In this document: positions 29,305 through 32,000 of the stretch, piece by piece
Numbering within the stretch: position 1 is the first letter of the stretch
Layout: every line of letters begins with the position of its first letter
NCBI GenBank assembly: GCA_000175855.1
Contig: ACYB01000020.1
Coordinates: 90,001 to 122,000 of the forward strand
Source: Raphidiopsis brookii D9
GTDB lineage: Bacteria > Cyanobacteriota > Cyanobacteriia > Cyanobacteriales > Nostocaceae
DNA length: 32,000 nt
Reading direction: 5' to 3'
Program-made: the position numbers and the translations under genes
Notes under the pieces: model-generated
Seen by the model: the letters and a program-made list of their open reading frames with translations, nothing else
Database searches by the model: none
Told to the model about the DNA's origin: nothing

Positions 29305-30870
29305 TTACCTTACTTTCTGTAAGCTCTCAAATTGATTAGTAAACACATCCGTAAACAAACTCATAACGCTCCTTTCCTCACGCACTTTGATATTGGCAGT
29401 AATGGCCATACCAGACTGTAAAGCAATAGTTCTACCTTGAGATTCTATAGTTTGTTTATTTAAACTAACCCGCGCTGGAAAGCGATAAAACTGATGGGTC
29501 TGGTCAGGAGGTAAAGCATCTGAACCGATATTAGTTACTTTACCTTTGATATCGCCAAACTCAGTAAAGGGGAAGGAATCAATTCTCACATCCACCTTCA
29601 TTCCCTCCTTCACAAATCCAATATCCTTATTGGTGATAAATACCTCTGCTATATATTTATCATTGGGGACAATCTGGAGTAACTTTTGTGTTGGGTTAGC
29701 CACAAAACCTGGGTTTTTTGCCTGCATATCAAATATTATACCTGACACGGGAGCACGAAGTTCTTGATATTTGACGTTTAATTTTGTCTGGGAAATTTTA
29801 CTGTTAATGTCTGACAATCTCTGTTCATTTTCTAAAATTATTCTCATAAATTGGCTGTCTATTTCCGCCATTCGCTTTTTGTTAGTAGCTATCTGTTCCA
29901 ACACGTTCTTATCGGTGACTGCTACAGTGTTAGCTACCTCTTGTTGTGCCCTTTGAATATCAAACTGTAGACGCTTTTCTTCTTCCAACAACTGAGCTAT
30001 TTCCGCTTTCAAGTTTTGCACCTGCTGTTGCTGATTGAGATATTGCAGTTGAGAAATACCTCCCTCTTTGGCGAGGACTTCTACCCTATGTAAGATTCCT
30101 TGTTGAATTGATAGACTGTTCTGTGTATCCTTTCTCTTCACTATTGTTTGAGATAGTTGTTTCTTAATTTTTTCTACCTCGAATTTGGCCGCATTGGAGC
30201 GAGATTCTAATTCTTTTCTAGCTACAATTAGTCTTTGTTGCTCATCAATTCCTCCTCCTACTTGCGCGTTGGAATTTCCCAGTTGTGAACGTAACAATTG
30301 ATTTTCTTCTACTAGAGAAATCCGACTTTTTAATAGAAATGCTGCTTCTGCTGGTAGACCACCACCCAGAAAATTCAATTCTGAACTGACAGCACTACTT
30401 GCATTCATCAAACGACGATAGATGTCATTCTCCCTGATTAAAACAGCACGAACGTTATTGAGAGATCCGAGCTCAGCTCGGGTAGCAATGGATTCAAATG
30501 TTAATAGTAGATCTCCCTTTTTCACCTCCTGTCCATCCTTGACATGAATAGACTCTACCACACCACTAATAGGTGCTTGTACATCCTTTACCGTACCCTC
30601 TGGTTTTAATTGTCCTGTAGCGGGAACTACTTGTTCAATTTTTGCATAATAAGCCCAACCCACGCCAAAACAGGCCACAAGCATCAAGGTAATCATGATT
30701 GTGCGTGACCAAATGGGTGATTGTCGTAAAACTATGGATTGTTCAAAGCTGTCTTGATAAGCATGACTTAAATTCCCTGCTTTGGCTTTTGATAGGGTTT
30801 GAAGTACCCCCAGATTAGTATTTTTACCATTACTATTGCCTATTGGATGATCGTTATTAAATTGAGTCAT
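29305..30870 (-). CDS. HlyD-family membrane fusion protein (type I secretion / peptide export)
   Basis: TM near N-terminus, IKVKDGQEVKKGDLLLTFES biotinyl-lipoyl-like motif (IHVKDGQEVKKGD), long coiled coil, YQELRAPVSGIIFDMQAKNPG. Confidence 0.92.
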   Translation of the reverse strand: MTQFNNDHPIGNSNGKNTNLGVLQTLSKAKAGNLSHAYQDSFEQSIVLRQSPIWSRTIMITLMLVACFGVGWAYYAKIEQVVPATGQLKPEGTVKDVQAPISGVVESIHVKDGQEVKKGDLLLTFESIATRAELGSLNNVRAVLIRENDIYRRLMNASSAVSSELNFLGGGLPAEAAFLLKSRISLVEENQLLRSQLGNSNAQVGGGIDEQQRLIVARKELESRSNAAKFEVEKIKKQLSQTIVKRKDTQNSLSIQQGILHRVEVLAKEGGISQLQYLNQQQQVQNLKAEIAQLLEEEKRLQFDIQRAQQEVANTVAVTDKNVLEQIATNKKRMAEIDSQFMRIILENEQRLSDINSKISQTKLNVKYQELRAPVSGIIFDMQAKNPGFVANPTQKLLQIVPNDKYIAEVFITNKDIGFVKEGMKVDVRIDSFPFTEFGDIKGKVTNIGSDALPPDQTHQFYRFPARVSLNKQTIESQGRTIALQSGMAITANIKVREERSVMSLFTDVFTNQFESLQKVR

Positions 30871-30898
30871 AAGGATTTTTCGGGTTGATGATTGAGTA

Positions 30899-32000
30899 TT
30901 AAAGATTGACTTCCTGTTGCTGGTAAAGGTAGAAATAGTGTCCTTTAGCAGTCATTAGTTTTTGGTGACTACCCTGTTCCACAACTCTACCGCCATCCAT
31001 GACTACAATTGTATCTGAATTGCTCACAGTATTGAGACGGTGAGTGATAAAGAAAACAGTTTTGCCCTGGAATGCTTTAGCCAAGTTCAAGCATATTTGC
31101 CTTTCTGTGGGATAGTCTAGGGCACTTGTGGCTTCATCTAAAACTAATATTTTAGGTTTTTGCAGTATGGAACGAGCAATGGCTATTCTTTGTCTTTGTC
31201 CTCCAGACAGGTTCGACCCTTTTTCCCCAACTTTGGTGTTATAACCATTGGAGAGATTCATGATAAATTCATGAGCAACTGCTATTTGAGCTGCTTCCAC
31301 CACTTCCTCCGTGGTGGCGTCAGGATTGGTTAGGGCTATATTATCGAATACTGTTCCATCAAATAATAGAGTATCTTGGGGAACCACACCGATTTGTCTT
31401 CTGACGGAATAAAGCTCAACCTTGCTGATGTCGTAACCATCAATAAAAATTCTCCCAGACTCAGTATTATAAAGTCTCAGGAGTAATTTCATCATGGTAC
31501 TTTTTCCTGACCCACTTTGTCCCACAATGCCCACAAATGTGCCCGCTGGAAAATCTAAACTGACGTTATTTAGTTGCAGGGATCCGTTTGTCGCAAAGCG
31601 GAAGCAAACATTTTCATATTTGACTGCACCAACAACACTGGGTAAGGGAATATTATCTTTGTCTACTTCTGCTTCCTGAGGTGTGTCCACAATATCACTC
31701 AATCTCTCCAGGGATAATCCTGTTTCTTGGAAGTTTTGCCAGATTTGTGCCAGTCTCAATATGGGACTGGTAACATAACTAGAAATAATTCTAAAAGCAA
31801 TTAATTCCCCTAGAGTTAATTCTCCTTGTAAAACTAAATAAGCTCCTACCCATAATACTAACAAGCTACTTAGTTTATTGAGAAACTGACTAGTAGAATT
31901 AGCTAATGTTGATGTAATAACTGTTTTAAAACCTGCGGAAACAAACTTAGCATAACGCTCTTGCCAAGAAAAGCGCGATCGCAGTTCAATATTTTGGGCC
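30899..32000 (-). CDS. ABC exporter, permease-ATPase (C-terminal portion; continues beyond the right edge)
   Basis: TM segment VGAYLVLQGELTLGELIAFRIISSYV, Walker A VGQSGSGKST, signature LSGGQRQRIAIARSILQKPKILVLDEATSALD. The frame remains open to 32000, so the track start at 31864 is artificial. Confidence 0.92.
   Translation of the reverse strand, partial: AQNIELRSRFSWQERYAKFVSAGFKTVITSTLANSTSQFLNKLSSLLVLWVGAYLVLQGELTLGELIAFRIISSYVTSPILRLAQIWQNFQETGLSLERLSDIVDTPQEAEVDKDNIPLPSVVGAVKYENVCFRFATNGSLQLNNVSLDFPAGTFVGIVGQSGSGKSTMMKLLLRLYNTESGRIFIDGYDISKVELYSVRRQIGVVPQDTLLFDGTVFDNIALTNPDATTEEVVEAAQIAVAHEFIMNLSNGYNTKVGEKGSNLSGGQRQRIAIARSILQKPKILVLDEATSALDYPTERQICLNLAKAFQGKTVFFITHRLNTVSNSDTIVVMDGGRVVEQGSHQKLMTAKGHYFYLYQQQEVNL

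Noticed and set aside
29305-31864. Short plus-strand ORFs 29546..29767, 29771..29956, 31494..31679
   Set aside because: Antisense shadows of the hlyD-like and ABC exporter genes.
5452-31981. Scattered GCGATCGC octamers (e.g. near 5452, 7705, 15322, 18737, 23365, 31975)
   Set aside because: These are HIP1-type palindromes common across cyanobacterial genomes, not a locus-specific feature.
1-32000. CRISPR arrays, rRNA genes, complete IS elements
   Set aside because: No regularly spaced repeats, rRNA sequence or intact transposase was seen anywhere in the window.

Overview
32 kb of a cyanobacterial chromosome; the gene content and the cpc operon suggest a filamentous, Nostocales-like genome (inference). 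Left to right it contains: the 5' end of clpB; ribD; mreD-mreC-mreB; an ssb gene split by a 740-nt ORF-less group II intron whose exon junctions, EBS/IBS pairings and domain V can be read directly; a ~2.2 kb islet flanked by a duplicated tRNA-His 3' end that carries an aldo/keto reductase and a decayed conserved gene; sirohydrochlorin chelatase and cobA; an RluD-type pseudouridine synthase; a phycocyanin operon cpcBACDEF with three tandem cpcG genes; a minus-strand NMT1/THI5-like ABC transporter whose permease is frameshifted; and an accessory region (21.2-32 kb). The accessory region holds two AsnB-fold synthetases that lack the N-terminal glutaminase Cys, a fold-III PLP-decarboxylase homologue lacking the PLP lysine motif, a zinc-ribbon membrane protein, a nucleoside-phosphorylase-like protein, and an HlyD / ABC exporter pair. 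The most interesting items are the intron-split ssb and the unassigned cassette at 22.0-28.2 kb. All assignments come from reading the sequence; no database search was run.
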